From contig JBGAGQ010000039.1 of assembly GCA_044226625.1 (NCBI GenBank), positions 1 through 57,768 of the forward strand: DNA of 57,768 nt. The letters are read 5' to 3'. Each line of letters starts with the position of its first letter. Position 1 is the first letter of the stretch. This document shows positions 37,301-47,571 of this stretch, one piece after another. The notes under the pieces are model-generated. The model was not told the DNA's origin. It worked only from the letters and a program-made list of their open reading frames with translations, and made no database searches. The DNA is from Thermoanaerobaculia bacterium. GTDB taxonomy: Bacteria > Acidobacteriota > Thermoanaerobaculia > Multivoradales > UBA5704. Both the position numbers and the translations under genes were made by a program.

Positions 37301-40300
37301 AGGTCCTGCTGGGATGGTAGGTCCACCGCGAGCGCCCGAAACAGCGGCCCGGCGGCCAGGTCGAACGGCGCGCGAGCGACGAGAGCAAGGATCCGCCGCC
37401 CCTCGGCCGCACGCCGCGGCTCGGCGAGCCCGCGAAGGTCCGCGACTACAAGCGGCCGGGCGAGGCGGGCCGACACCTCCTGCCAGGCCTCCCCCGAAGC
37501 GCTGGGAAGCGAGGTGCGAAGTACCTCGTGGCGATCGGCGAGCGCGGCGACCGCGGCGCGGATCCGGCCCGCCGGGACGGCTCGGGCCAAGCGCACGCCG
37601 AACGGCAAGTTGTAAGCCGCGCCCGCGAGACCGAGCCGGTCGAGCAGCCAGAGGCGCTGCTGCGAGAACGACAGCGGCGGACGCTCGGCCGCAGGCGATC
37701 GCGGCTGGAGAACGGGAGCTGAGGCGCCCAAACCAGCGCCACGAAGCTCGGCGACCGTCTCGGCGAGCCCAGCGGGGCTGGGACGCTCGAACATTCGGAC
37801 CAGCGGCACCTCGACACCGAACGCTTCGGCGATGCGCACCATCGCCCGGGTGGCGAGCAGCGAATGACCACCGAGGTCGAAGAAGCTCCGGTCTCTCCCC
37901 ACCCGGTCCCGACCGAGGACCTCGGCAAAGATCGTCGCGATCAACTCCTCGGCGGTGGATCGGGGCGCGTCGTCCTCCGTTCCGCCCCCGTCCGACGCCG
38001 GCACGGGGAGCGCCCGCCGATCGACCTTGCCGTTCGGCGTGAGCGGGAACGCGTCGAGCCCCACGAAGGCCTGCGGGATCATCGAATCGGGCAGCGTTCG
38101 AGCGAGCAACGCGCGCAGCGAGGCGCCCTCGGCGGCGGCGACTGCCGCTTCCGGCACCAGATAGCCCACGAGAACCTTCGCCTCCCCTTCGCCGCGCACG
38201 GCGGCGACCGCCTGGCGCACCCCGGGCAAGGCGCCCAAGGCGGCCTCGACCTCCCCCAGCTCGATCCGATAGCCACGCACCTTGACCTGGGAATCAATCC
38301 GACCGAGGAACTCCACGGTGCCGTCGGGGCGGAAACGGGCGAGATCGCCCGTTCGATAGGCACGACCGCCTCGCTCGGCCGGGACGAATCGCCCCGCCGT
38401 GAGGTCGGGGCGGCCCAGGTAGCCGCGCGCCACGCCGTCGCCGCCGATCCAGAGCTCCCCCGCGACGCCGATCGGCGCGAGTTCCCCGGCTCGATCGACG
38501 ATCGAAAGCCGAGTGTTCGCGATCGGACGGCCGATCGAGCCGCCCGGTCCCGCGACCGCGGCGACGGCGGACCAGATCGTCGTCTCGGTCGGTCCGTAGA
38601 GGTTGAAGACCGACCGCGAGCGCGCGCGGAGATCGACCGCCAGCCGATCGGGAAGCGCCTCGCCGCCGACCAGAACCCGGATCTCGGCCTCGCCGCCCGA
38701 CCAACCGGCGTCGATCAGTAGCCGCCAGGTCGCCGGGGTCCCTTGGAGCGCCCCGGCTCCGGATTCCTCCAGCCGACACAGGAGACGCCGGCCGTCCGCC
38801 GCCTCCGCCCGTGTCGCCAGCTCGACCCGGCCGCCGGCCGAAAGCGTGAGCCAGAGCTCCAATCCCGCGATGTCGAACGACAGCGAGGTGACGGCGAGCA
38901 GCGAGCCGTCCGGTCCGAGCCCCGGGTGCTCTTCCATCGACGCGATGAAATTCGCGAGGGCGCCATGCGGAACCGCCACCCCTTTCGGACGTCCCGTGGA
39001 GCCCGAGGTGTAGATTACGTAGGCGAGCTGGATGGTGTCCGGTTGCCACGAAGCGGGAAGGCCGGCGTCGACGACCGTGGCCTCGTCGATCGGTAGGACG
39101 GCGACTCCCTCGGGCACGGCTCCCATCGGCAAGGGCACACCATCGCCGAGAAGGATCTTCGTTCCCGAGTCGCCGAGCATCAACGCGAGCCGATCGACCG
39201 GGTAGGTCCGATCGAGAGGAAGGTAGGCGCCCCCGGCGTACCAGATCCCGAGCAGGCCCACGACCATGGATGGAGTCCGCTCTGCCGCCAGGGCGACCAC
39301 GGTCTCATCGCCGACCCCGTGCCGCATCCGCAGGCGCTCGGCCAGCCGTAGAGCCCTGCGATCGAGCTCGCCGTAGGAGAGGTGCACTCCCTCCCCGTGC
39401 ACGGCCACGGCATCGGGACGTGAGCCCGCCTGGCCAGCGATCCGGCCCGGGACCGAATCCGGCGGCGCGGGCTTCGCGCTGTCCGAGATCTCGATCGCGA
39501 CTTGATGCCGCTCGGCGGAAGACAGAAGTGGAAGCTCCACCACCGGACGATCGGGCTCGGCGAGCGCCGCGAGGAGAAGGCGCTTCCAGGCCTCGAGCAT
39601 CCGCTCCGCGGTCGCGGGATCGAACAGATCGGTGTCGAAACCGAGCAGCAGCCCTAGACCGTCGCGATCTCCGAGATCGACCGCTCCGAGCGACAGCTCG
39701 AATCGGGCGACCGGGGTCGCGAGCGGGCGGAGCGCGAGCCGCAACCCGTCCGGATCCGCCGGCCCTTCCCGCTCGGCCGCGGCGATCTCGAGCTGGACCA
39801 TCGCCTGGAAAACCGGCGTCCGCGCGAGATCGCGCTCGGGCTCGAGCGCCTCGACCACGCGGTCGAACGGCAGGTCGGAATGGGCGTAAGCGCCGAGCGC
39901 GGACGAGCGGACGCGCGCGAGCAACCCGTTCCAACCGAGGCTCCGCGGTCCGTCGGTCGCGCCATCGACCTCGATCACGACGGTGTTGACGAACAGGCCG
40001 ATCAACGGCTCCAGCTCGGCCCGATCGCGTCCAGAGATCGGGGTGCCGAGGGCCACCCGCGCCTGGCCGCTCCAGCGGGAAAGGAGCGCGCCGAACGCCG
40101 CGGCCACGGCCATGAAAAGCGTCGCCTGCGCGGTGCGCGCGCCCGAGACGAGTCGCCCGCGCTCCTCCCGGGAGAGGCGTCCCGTCCGTACGTCGCCACG
40201 GTGGCGGGCCACGCGAGGCCGCGGCCGGTCGGTCGGCAGGTCGAGCGGAGGCCGGCCGGCGAGCCGCTCGCGCCACCATTCGATCTCGGCCCGGCTCGCG

Positions 40301-43300
40301 TCTTCCGAGAGGAGCGCGCGCTGCCAGACGGAATAGTCCGCGTATTGGATCGGGAGAGGAGCGGGCACGGCCCTCGAATCGCCGCGCGAGGCCGCGTAGT
40401 AGGCCGCGAGGTCGCGCAGGAGCACGCCATGCGAGCCGCCGTCGGTCGCGATGTGGTGGATCGCGAGGAGCAACGCGAAATCCGTTTCGGCGAGGCGGAA
40501 GAGGACCGCTCGGAATACCGGCCCGCGCGCGAGGTCGAACGGCGCGACCGCCACCCGGCGCGCCGCCCGATCGAGCGCTCGTTCGCTCCGTTCCGCCGCG
40601 CCCAAAGCCGAGAGGTCGACCTCCGGCAGACGCGCCCCGGGACCTTCGTGCCGCGCGGCGATCCGCTGCTCCGGCCCGTCCGGAGTCTCCGGATAGCGGG
40701 TGCGCAGGATCTCGTGACGGGCCGCGACACAGGCCAGGGCCGCGGCGAGCGCCGCGGGCTCCAGGCGCCCCGCGAGGCGCGCGAGCAACGGCACGTTGTA
40801 GGCGGGAGATCCGGGCTCCAGCCGGTCGAGGAACCAGAGGCGTTCCTGGGCGAACGAGAGAGGGAGCCGTCCGTCACGCGATGCGCGCGTGAGTGCCGGC
40901 GATGCGATCCCTTGCGAACCGTGCCGGCTCCGGTCGATCGCCTCCGCCATCGCCGCGAGCTTCGGATGGGCGAAGATTTCCGGCAGCGCCAGATCCGCCC
41001 CGAACAGCGCCCGGATCCGGCCCGACATGCGGGTCGCGAGCAGCGAATGGCCGCCGAGGTCGAAAAAGCTTTGCCCGCGGCCAATCTCGCCTGTCCCGAG
41101 CAGATCGCTCCAGAGGACTGCGAGCAGCTCCTCGGTCGGCGTCCGTGGCCGGTCGCTTTCGGCCCCCTCTTCCGCAACCCGCGCGACCTCCGGCCGCGGC
41201 AACGCGCGGCGATCGAGCTTGCCGTTAGGGGAGAGCGGAAACTCGGGAAGGATCACCCAATCGGAGGGCACCATGTACTCGGGAAGGCGGGCGGCGAGCG
41301 CCTCCCTCGCCCGGTCGCGCAACCTGAGCCGCTCCCCGGTGTCCTCCGCCGCGTCGGCATCGCGCGGTACGACGTAGGCTGCGAGCCGCGCGCCTCCGTC
41401 CGCGCCCCGCGCCGCCACGACCACCGAGGCCGCCACCTCGGGGAGCGCACCCAAGGCCGCCTCGATTTCGCCGAGCTCGATGCGGAGGCCCCGGATCTTC
41501 ACCTGATGATCGAGGCGGCCGAGGAACTCGATCGCGCCGTCGTCCCGACGGCGTGCGAGGTCGCCGGTCCGATAGAGCCGCGCGCCGGGACCAAGCCCGG
41601 CGAACGGATCGGGCACGAAACGCAGCGCCGTGAGGTCGGGCCGGTTCGTGTAGCCGCGGCCGACGCCGACGCCGCCGATGTAGAGCTCGCCCGGTGTGCC
41701 CGGCGGGGCCGGCGCTCCGTGCACGTCGAGCAAATGGATCGTCAGATTGGCGATCGGCCGGCCGATCGGAACGATCGAAGCGCCGGGGCGGCATTCGTGG
41801 GCGGTCACGTCCACCGCCGCCTCGGTGGGACCGTAGAGATTGTGCAGCTCGGCCGCGGGGAAGCGGTCGAAGAACCGATCGACGGTTTCCGGCGGCAACG
41901 CCTCGCCGCTCGCTATCGCGCGCCGAAGCGACCGCCACGCCGTGCCGTTCGCGCCGGGGGCGTCCAAGAACGCGGAGAGCATCGAGGGGACGAAATGCAG
42001 CGTCGTCACCTGCTCCTCGGCGAGCCACCTCGCGAGCCAGGAAGCGTCGCGATGCCCCTCGGGCTTCGCCACCGCGAGGCGCGCTCCCTCGATCAACGGC
42101 CAGAAGAACTCCCACACCGAAACGTCGAAGCTCGTGGGCGTCTTCTGCGCCACCGTGTCCGAGAAATCGAGGGGGTAGGCCCGCTGCATCCACAGCAGAC
42201 GGTTCTCGATCGCCGCGTGCGCGTTGCCCGCGCCCTTGGGTCGGCCGGTCGATCCCGAGGTGTAGATCACGTAGGCGAGCGAACGGGGATCGATCGCGGG
42301 AAGCACCTCTGTGCCTCGTTCGGTCGATTCGATCGCCTCGGTCCGCGCACTTTCCGAATCGACGAGGATCGTCTCGAATCGCCCCGCCGGAAGCTCGGCG
42401 GCCAGCGCCTCCGTGGTGATCACCGCGTCGGGCGCGGCGTCTTCGAGCATCCAAGCGCGCCGCGCCTCCGGGTAGTCGGGATCGATCGGCACGTAAGCCG
42501 CTCCGGCCCGCAGCACGGCGAAGAGCGAGAGGGGCAAGTCGAGCGACCGTGGCAGGAGGACGACCACCCGCCGTTCGGCCGAACCGCGAGACCGATCGGA
42601 ACCGCCGCGCCACGACCGGCGGATCCGCAGCGCCCGCCGCCGCGACGCCCGCTCCATCTCGCCGTAACTCAGGTGCTCGGTCGGTCCGCCGTCTCCGAAG
42701 CTCAGGGCGATCGCGTCGGGATGGCTCGCCGCGCGCTCGACGATCCGGTCCGGGATCGGCCGGCTCGGCCCGAAATCGACCGCCGTCCGGTTGTCGAGCG
42801 CGAGCTGTCTCCATTCGCTTTCAGAGAGAAGAGGGTCTTCGTCGTATCGGGCTCCGGGCTCCGCCACCATCGCCGAGAAGGCCGCCATCATCCTCCGGCC
42901 GAGCGTCTCCACCTGATCGCGCCCGAGGCGCCGGGCGTCGTACTCGAACGTCACGTGGACGCCGCGATCGAGATGCCCCGGGGTGAAGACCACCTGAAGG
43001 GGATAGTTCGTCCCCTCGCGGCCGGCGAAGCCGAGGACCTCGACACGGCCGCCGCGCAGCAGGTCTTCGATGACGTGAAAGTGGATGTAGTTGAACAGCA
43101 CCTCGAACAGCGCGCCCCCGCGCCTCTGCTGCAGGTCGGCGAGCGGGAAGCGGCGGAACTGGAGCAGCTCGCGCTCCGCCTCGAACGCCTCCTCGATCAG
43201 GCCGCGCCAGGTCCCACCGGCGAGCAGGAGCCGAAGCGGCAGCGAGTTGAGGAAGAGACCGCGGATCTCTTCCGCCTCGTCGACCTCGGGACGGCCGTTC

Positions 43301-46300
43301 GAAACCATTCCGGTGACCACGTCGGGGGTGCCGCCGACGATCGAGAGCACGCGCAGGTGGGCGGCGAGCGCCAGGCTCTTCAAAGGCACCGCCGATTCGC
43401 GGGCGAGCCGGCGCAGACCGGTCGAAAGCTTCTCGGGCGCCGGCACCATCACCCGCCGCATCCGCGGACCGTCCTCGCTCCGATCGAGGTCGGCGGGCGC
43501 CGACGGAAGCGCGAGCAGCGTCGCGCCGTCGAGCTGGCGCGCCCAGAACTCTCGCCCGACCCGGGACTCCGCCGCCGCCCGCTCGAGCGCGACGAACTGG
43601 CGGAACGTCGCCTTCGGCGGCCCGGCGATCGGCGGCACGGACCGGCCCTCGGTTGGAGGCGCTCCCTGAGCCGAGAGTCGAGCGAAATAGCGCTCGAAGA
43701 CCTCGGCGAGCGTGGTGTGCAGGCTCCAGCCGTCGAAGATCGCGTGGTTCTCGGTCACCGTGAGCTGCGCCCGCTCGTTCGGTCCGCTGCCGAGCCGATG
43801 GATGAAAAAGCGCAGCTGGGGCGCCCGGGTAAGGTCGAATAGCCGGCGCTTCTCCGCCCCCACGTAGCGCGCGATCTCTTCGTCCTGACGCGCCGTGTCG
43901 ATCCCGCGGAGGTCCGCCACCCGCAGCGGCAGATCGGCGGCCGCGTGGACGATCTGGAGCGGCTCGGAAAAACCTTCGAGATGGAACGACGTGCGCATCG
44001 CCGGATGGCGCGAGCCGACATCGGCGAGCGACCGGGCGAGCAGCTCGGGCTCGAGCTCCAACTGAAGCAACCAGCTGTCGACGTTGTGGTAGGGCGGCTC
44101 CTCGGCCGCGAGCCGCATATGGAGCAGCATGCCCGCTTGCAACCGGGCGAGCGGATAGGCGTCCTCGGCATCGGCGGCAATCTCGCGCACCCTCGCCCGA
44201 TCGACTTCGGACAACAACCCGAACGGCCCCGGGTCGGCCCCCGCCGCGCGCTCTTCGAGCGCTGCCTCTCCCTCGTGTGCCTCTCCCGCGTCGGCCGCAT
44301 ATGCCGCCAGCTCGGCGAGCGTGCGCAAACGGAACAGGTCCTGGAGCTCGAAGCGCACGCCGCGGGCGCGCGCGAGGGCGAGCACTTCGAGGCTGCGAAT
44401 CGAATCGCCGCCTAGGGCGAAGAAGTTGGCGTCGCGACCTACCCGCGGCAGGTCGAGCACCTTCTCCCAGATCGCGGCGAGCATCTCCTCCTCCGCGGTC
44501 CGCGGCGCGTCCTCTCCGGCTCGGCTCGTCTCACCGACGTCGCTCGACGACGGGTCCGGAAGGGCCTTTCGGTCGACCTTGCCGTGGGCGGTGAGGGGGA
44601 TCCGATCGACCCGCACGAATCTCGCGGGGACCATGTGCTCGGGGAGCCTCTCCCGCAGATGCTCGCGAAGGTCCGCTCGGTTGGGGGCCTCCCCTTCTCC
44701 GATCGGAGCCCAGTAGGCGACGAGCATCTCCTGGTGGAGGATCACCTCCGCTTCGCGGACCCCTGGATGGCGCCCGAGCGCGGCTGCGATCTCCCCCGGC
44801 TCGATGCGGAAACCGCGCACCTTAACCTGGAAGTCGGCGCGGCCGAGGTGCTCGACCTCTCCCGAAGGGAGATAACGACCGAGGTCGCCCGAGCGATAGA
44901 GACGGCTCCCGAAGTCTCCGAACGGATCGGGGACGAAGCGGGCCGCCGTGAGCTCGGGACGGCCGAGATAGCCGAGCGCCGCCCCGGCACCGCCGACGCA
45001 GATCTCACCGGGCACGCCGATCGGCGCGAGCTGGCCCCGCCGGTCGAGCACGCGAAGGGAGAGGTCCGGGATAGGAACGCCTATCGGGCTGCCGACCCGC
45101 GGGGCGAGGTCCCGCGACGTCACCGCGCGATAGGTCACGTGGACCGTCGTCTCGGTGATGCCGTACATGTTGACCATGCGCGGCCGGGCGTCGCCGTGGC
45201 GCGCGAACCAGCCTGCGAGCGACGAGACCTCGAGCCCTTCGCCGCCGAAGATCACCGTTCGGAGCGCGGGTAGCGCTCCTTTGGACGCCAACGCCGCGTC
45301 GAGCGGGCGGAACGCCGACGGCGTCTGGTTGAGCACCGTGGTCGCGGCGTCCGCGAGCAGGTCGGCGAACGCCTCGGGCGAGCGGCTGGTCCAGTAGGGA
45401 ACGACGGTCAGACGCCCCCCGGCGAGCAACGCTCCCCAAATCTCCCAGACCGAGAAGTCGAACGCGTAGGAGTGGAACAGCGTCCAGGCGTCATCGACGC
45501 CGAAGCGGAACCAACGGTCGGTCGCGGAGAAGAGCCGCGCCACCTGCCCATGGGTGACCACCACCCCTTTCGGCCGGCCGGTTGAGCCCGAGGTGTAGAT
45601 CACATAGGCCGGCAGCTCCGGCGGAATGTCGCGCGGTCTTCCGCCGGGTTCGGCTCCCGGCACGAGAAGATCCTCGACGGGGAGGACCCGGCCTCCGGAC
45701 GCTTCGGCCCAGGGCGCCAGGCGATCTCTTTCCCCGGCCCCCGCGACCACCCTCGAGACTCCGCTGTCGTCGAGAAGGAACCCGAGCCGCTCGGCAGGAT
45801 AGGCGGGATCGAGCGGGAGATAGGCGGCGCCCACGGCCAGCGTGCCGAGGATCGAGACGATCATCTCCGGCGACCGATCGAGGCAGAGGCCGACTCGATC
45901 GCCGGCAATGACGCTGGCCCGCTCCAACGAGGCGGCGAGCAAGCGGGCACGGCGAAGCAGCGCGCCATACGAAACGTGCGCGCTGCCGTGGTCGATCGCG
46001 ATCGCGTCCGGCCGGGCTTCGGCCTGTTCCGAGAAGCGCCCGAAGAGCGAGAAGACCGGCGAGACGCTTCGTCGGTCGCCTCGATCGATCAGCTCCCTCT
46101 CTTCTTCGGTGGCGAGCATCCGAAGCTCCGCGACCGGCGCTCCGGGGTCGGCGATCAGCGCGGCGAGGAGGGTCGAGAAGTTCGCCGCGAGGCGCTCGAT
46201 CGTCGACTTTTCGAACAGGTCGGAACGAAACTCGAAGCCGCCGCGAACCCCGTCTCCCATCTCCGCCAGCTGGACCGAGAGATCGAACTTTGCCGTATCG

Positions 46301-47571
46301 GAGCCGATCGCGGGCGCCCTGCCCTCGGTCGCCTCCGCCCCTCGCGAGGCCTCGTCGAGGAGCCCGGTGGAGCCCCGGCTCTGGAGGCCGAGCACCACCT
46401 GGCAGAGCGGCTGGCGAGATGGCTCGCGCTCAGGGCGCAGCTCCTCCACCAGCTTCTCGAACGGCAGGTCCTGGTGGTCGAACGCGGCGAAGGTCCGCGT
46501 GCGGACGCGGTCCAGCAGCACGCGGCCCGAAGGGCTTCCCGAAAGCTCTACGCGCAGCGGCAGGGTGTTGACGAAGAAGCCGATCAGCCCTTCGACTTCG
46601 GTCCGATTGCGGTTCGCGATCGGCGAGCCGACCAGCAGATCCTCCTGATCGGCGTAGCGCGATAGGAGCGTGCCGAAACCGGCGAGAAGAACCATGAACA
46701 GGGTCGCACCGCGCTCCCGCGCGAGCGCCCGCGCACCGGTGATGAGGTCCCGTTCGAGCCGCACCCGATAGACCGCGCCGCGGAAGCTCTGGACCGCAGG
46801 GCGCGGTCGATCGGCCGGCAGCTCCAGGACGGTCGGCGAGCCTTCCAGCTCGCCGCGCCACCAGCCGAGCTCCGACGCCAACCGCTCGCCCGCCAGGTGG
46901 TTCCGCTGCCAGAGCGCGAAATCCGGATACTGAATCGGCAGAGGGGGCAAGAGAGAGGAGATCCGCCGCGAATCGGCGACTGACCGGGCCTCGCGATAGA
47001 ACGCCAAAAGCTCGCGCCGCAGCACGTCGAGCGACCAGCCGTCGGCGACGATGTGGTGGATCGCGACGACCAGCAGCTTGCCGTCTCGCCTCGTCACGGC
47101 GAGCGCCCGCACGAGCGGCCCCCGGCCGAGATCGAACGGCCGCCTCAGGAGGGCTCCCGCGATCCGGCCCGCGTCCCTCGTCGCCGGCTCGCCCACCGCC
47201 GAGAGGTCGACCCGCGGCAGCGGCACCATGAGCCGCTGCGCCACGACCTGCACGGCCCGTCCCGCGATCTCGGCAAACGTCGTCCGCAGCGCCTCGTGGC
47301 GCGCGACGACGGCGTTCAGCGCCCGTTCGAGCGCCCGCAGGTCCGTCGATTCCGGAAGCGGAACCGTGAGGTGGAGGTGGTAGGCGGCGTTGCCGGGCTG
47401 CCAGCGATCGAGGAAGAAGAGCCTCTGCTGTGCGAACGAAAGGGGCGTCTCAGCCCCCGCCGGCCGCGGCTCGATCCGGGCCGGTGGGCTCCCTTCCCCA
47501 TCATCGAGGAGCCCCTCGTCCTCTAGAAGCTGCGAGAGCAGCTCGAGGCGCGCCTGTTCCGACGCGCTCAA
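34297..47571 (-). CDS. Tetramodular NRPS: C-A(Thr)-PCP-C(modAA)-A(Ser)-PCP-C-A(Gly)-PCP-C-A(Ser)-PCP
   Basis: A codes read as DFWNIGMVHK (Thr), DVWHISLVDK (Ser, twice), DILQLGLIWK (Gly). PCP motifs GGDS, GGHS x3. TTG start overlapping the upstream TGA. Confidence 0.94.
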   Translation of the reverse strand: MSASEQARLELLSQLLEDEGLLDDGEGSPPARIEPRPAGAETPLSFAQQRLFFLDRWQPGNAAYHLHLTVPLPESTDLRALERALNAVVARHEALRTTFAEIAGRAVQVVAQRLMVPLPRVDLSAVGEPATRDAGRIAGALLRRPFDLGRGPLVRALAVTRRDGKLLVVAIHHIVADGWSLDVLRRELLAFYREARSVADSRRISSLLPPLPIQYPDFALWQRNHLAGERLASELGWWRGELEGSPTVLELPADRPRPAVQSFRGAVYRVRLERDLITGARALARERGATLFMVLLAGFGTLLSRYADQEDLLVGSPIANRNRTEVEGLIGFFVNTLPLRVELSGSPSGRVLLDRVRTRTFAAFDHQDLPFEKLVEELRPEREPSRQPLCQVVLGLQSRGSTGLLDEASRGAEATEGRAPAIGSDTAKFDLSVQLAEMGDGVRGGFEFRSDLFEKSTIERLAANFSTLLAALIADPGAPVAELRMLATEEERELIDRGDRRSVSPVFSLFGRFSEQAEARPDAIAIDHGSAHVSYGALLRRARLLAASLERASVIAGDRVGLCLDRSPEMIVSILGTLAVGAAYLPLDPAYPAERLGFLLDDSGVSRVVAGAGERDRLAPWAEASGGRVLPVEDLLVPGAEPGGRPRDIPPELPAYVIYTSGSTGRPKGVVVTHGQVARLFSATDRWFRFGVDDAWTLFHSYAFDFSVWEIWGALLAGGRLTVVPYWTSRSPEAFADLLADAATTVLNQTPSAFRPLDAALASKGALPALRTVIFGGEGLEVSSLAGWFARHGDARPRMVNMYGITETTVHVTYRAVTSRDLAPRVGSPIGVPIPDLSLRVLDRRGQLAPIGVPGEICVGGAGAALGYLGRPELTAARFVPDPFGDFGSRLYRSGDLGRYLPSGEVEHLGRADFQVKVRGFRIEPGEIAAALGRHPGVREAEVILHQEMLVAYWAPIGEGEAPNRADLREHLRERLPEHMVPARFVRVDRIPLTAHGKVDRKALPDPSSSDVGETSRAGEDAPRTAEEEMLAAIWEKVLDLPRVGRDANFFALGGDSIRSLEVLALARARGVRFELQDLFRLRTLAELAAYAADAGEAHEGEAALEERAAGADPGPFGLLSEVDRARVREIAADAEDAYPLARLQAGMLLHMRLAAEEPPYHNVDSWLLQLELEPELLARSLADVGSRHPAMRTSFHLEGFSEPLQIVHAAADLPLRVADLRGIDTARQDEEIARYVGAEKRRLFDLTRAPQLRFFIHRLGSGPNERAQLTVTENHAIFDGWSLHTTLAEVFERYFARLSAQGAPPTEGRSVPPIAGPPKATFRQFVALERAAAESRVGREFWARQLDGATLLALPSAPADLDRSEDGPRMRRVMVPAPEKLSTGLRRLARESAVPLKSLALAAHLRVLSIVGGTPDVVTGMVSNGRPEVDEAEEIRGLFLNSLPLRLLLAGGTWRGLIEEAFEAERELLQFRRFPLADLQQRRGGALFEVLFNYIHFHVIEDLLRGGRVEVLGFAGREGTNYPLQVVFTPGHLDRGVHVTFEYDARRLGRDQVETLGRRMMAAFSAMVAEPGARYDEDPLLSESEWRQLALDNRTAVDFGPSRPIPDRIVERAASHPDAIALSFGDGGPTEHLSYGEMERASRRRALRIRRSWRGGSDRSRGSAERRVVVLLPRSLDLPLSLFAVLRAGAAYVPIDPDYPEARRAWMLEDAAPDAVITTEALAAELPAGRFETILVDSESARTEAIESTERGTEVLPAIDPRSLAYVIYTSGSTGRPKGAGNAHAAIENRLLWMQRAYPLDFSDTVAQKTPTSFDVSVWEFFWPLIEGARLAVAKPEGHRDASWLARWLAEEQVTTLHFVPSMLSAFLDAPGANGTAWRSLRRAIASGEALPPETVDRFFDRFPAAELHNLYGPTEAAVDVTAHECRPGASIVPIGRPIANLTIHLLDVHGAPAPPGTPGELYIGGVGVGRGYTNRPDLTALRFVPDPFAGLGPGARLYRTGDLARRRDDGAIEFLGRLDHQVKIRGLRIELGEIEAALGALPEVAASVVVAARGADGGARLAAYVVPRDADAAEDTGERLRLRDRAREALAARLPEYMVPSDWVILPEFPLSPNGKLDRRALPRPEVARVAEEGAESDRPRTPTEELLAVLWSDLLGTGEIGRGQSFFDLGGHSLLATRMSGRIRALFGADLALPEIFAHPKLAAMAEAIDRSRHGSQGIASPALTRASRDGRLPLSFAQERLWFLDRLEPGSPAYNVPLLARLAGRLEPAALAAALACVAARHEILRTRYPETPDGPEQRIAARHEGPGARLPEVDLSALGAAERSERALDRAARRVAVAPFDLARGPVFRAVLFRLAETDFALLLAIHHIATDGGSHGVLLRDLAAYYAASRGDSRAVPAPLPIQYADYSVWQRALLSEDASRAEIEWWRERLAGRPPLDLPTDRPRPRVARHRGDVRTGRLSREERGRLVSGARTAQATLFMAVAAAFGALLSRWSGQARVALGTPISGRDRAELEPLIGLFVNTVVIEVDGATDGPRSLGWNGLLARVRSSALGAYAHSDLPFDRVVEALEPERDLARTPVFQAMVQLEIAAAEREGPADPDGLRLALRPLATPVARFELSLGAVDLGDRDGLGLLLGFDTDLFDPATAERMLEAWKRLLLAALAEPDRPVVELPLLSSAERHQVAIEISDSAKPAPPDSVPGRIAGQAGSRPDAVAVHGEGVHLSYGELDRRALRLAERLRMRHGVGDETVVALAAERTPSMVVGLLGIWYAGGAYLPLDRTYPVDRLALMLGDSGTKILLGDGVPLPMGAVPEGVAVLPIDEATVVDAGLPASWQPDTIQLAYVIYTSGSTGRPKGVAVPHGALANFIASMEEHPGLGPDGSLLAVTSLSFDIAGLELWLTLSAGGRVELATRAEAADGRRLLCRLEESGAGALQGTPATWRLLIDAGWSGGEAEIRVLVGGEALPDRLAVDLRARSRSVFNLYGPTETTIWSAVAAVAGPGGSIGRPIANTRLSIVDRAGELAPIGVAGELWIGGDGVARGYLGRPDLTAGRFVPAERGGRAYRTGDLARFRPDGTVEFLGRIDSQVKVRGYRIELGEVEAALGALPGVRQAVAAVRGEGEAKVLVGYLVPEAAVAAAEGASLRALLARTLPDSMIPQAFVGLDAFPLTPNGKVDRRALPVPASDGGGTEDDAPRSTAEELIATIFAEVLGRDRVGRDRSFFDLGGHSLLATRAMVRIAEAFGVEVPLVRMFERPSPAGLAETVAELRGAGLGASAPVLQPRSPAAERPPLSFSQQRLWLLDRLGLAGAAYNLPFGVRLARAVPAGRIRAAVAALADRHEVLRTSLPSASGEAWQEVSARLARPLVVADLRGLAEPRRAAEGRRILALVARAPFDLAAGPLFRALAVDLPSQQDLLLVFHHTVADGWSIQIALRDLAEIARALGTGTRPALPPLPVQYADFSLWQRDLVSGAALDALLAHWRERLEGLPAALALPFDRPRRTTARRQQAGAARVALPRPAASALRALSRRSGATPFMALFAAFGALLARVSGQNDFALGTPSAGRTRRELEPMIGFFANTLVLRSSFAGRESFADLLTRARSTALDAFDHQDLPFERLVEELRPERDLAVHPLFQVMFQMQVEGAVEGEWVLGARSGSSAFGAPIEVARGAARFDLILSLSESDEGIAGLFEYDPELFDPATVLHLAARFATLVACVAEAPIRSPFEVDLLSAPERHQTVHEWNSTAIAGSEAAAPVSLHGPILRATAMRPDAVALSCGGSHLTYGALDRLSARLAGRIRELSEGAMAEEPLVAVALERSLELPTALLAVVRAGAAYVPIDPDYPRERQAWMLEDARPIAVITTRSRAETLPLGGVPAVWAEDLAIERGEAVASGAAPRFEFEIAPDRLAYAIFTSGSTGRPKGAMNSHGAIDNRLLWMQAAYPLTQEDVVAQKTPASFDVSVWEFFWPLRQGARMALAAPGLHRDPAGLARFIAEEGVTTIHFVPSMLRAFLDERDAASHAGSLRRVIASGEALGPDLARRFHQVADSSLSARRAELHNLYGPTEAAVDVTFHPCRPGEVSVPIGRPISRLAIHLVDARGDLVPPGSPGELLIGGVGLGRGYLRRPDLTAERFVPDALSGSVGARLYRTGDLARRRADGAIEYLGRIDHQVKVRGVRIELGEIEAALGALPEVAQAVVLAEGTETRLTAFLVASGGARPEARALRAALSRTLPEPLLPARFVWLDELPLSPSGKADRRALSAIGAASGARAGAGVEYEPPSTSLEELIAAVYAELLGLERLGVRESFFDLGGHSLLATRAAARLSEGLGIEVPLARLFERPTVGGLAAALVAESAAPRELERAAALALDLAHMSDEDVAALLTEYELRAPVPLDAERELHRIGEIEETEEGAAA
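42870..44170 (-). other. Putative dehydrating modAA-clade condensation domain (approximate bounds)
   Basis: DAYPLARLQAGML start, ENHAIFDGWS active site and LFNYIHFHV segment, unlike the LSFxQxRLW/HHxxxDG pattern of the other C domains. The upstream PCP is GGDS and no E domain precedes it. Confidence 0.72.
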
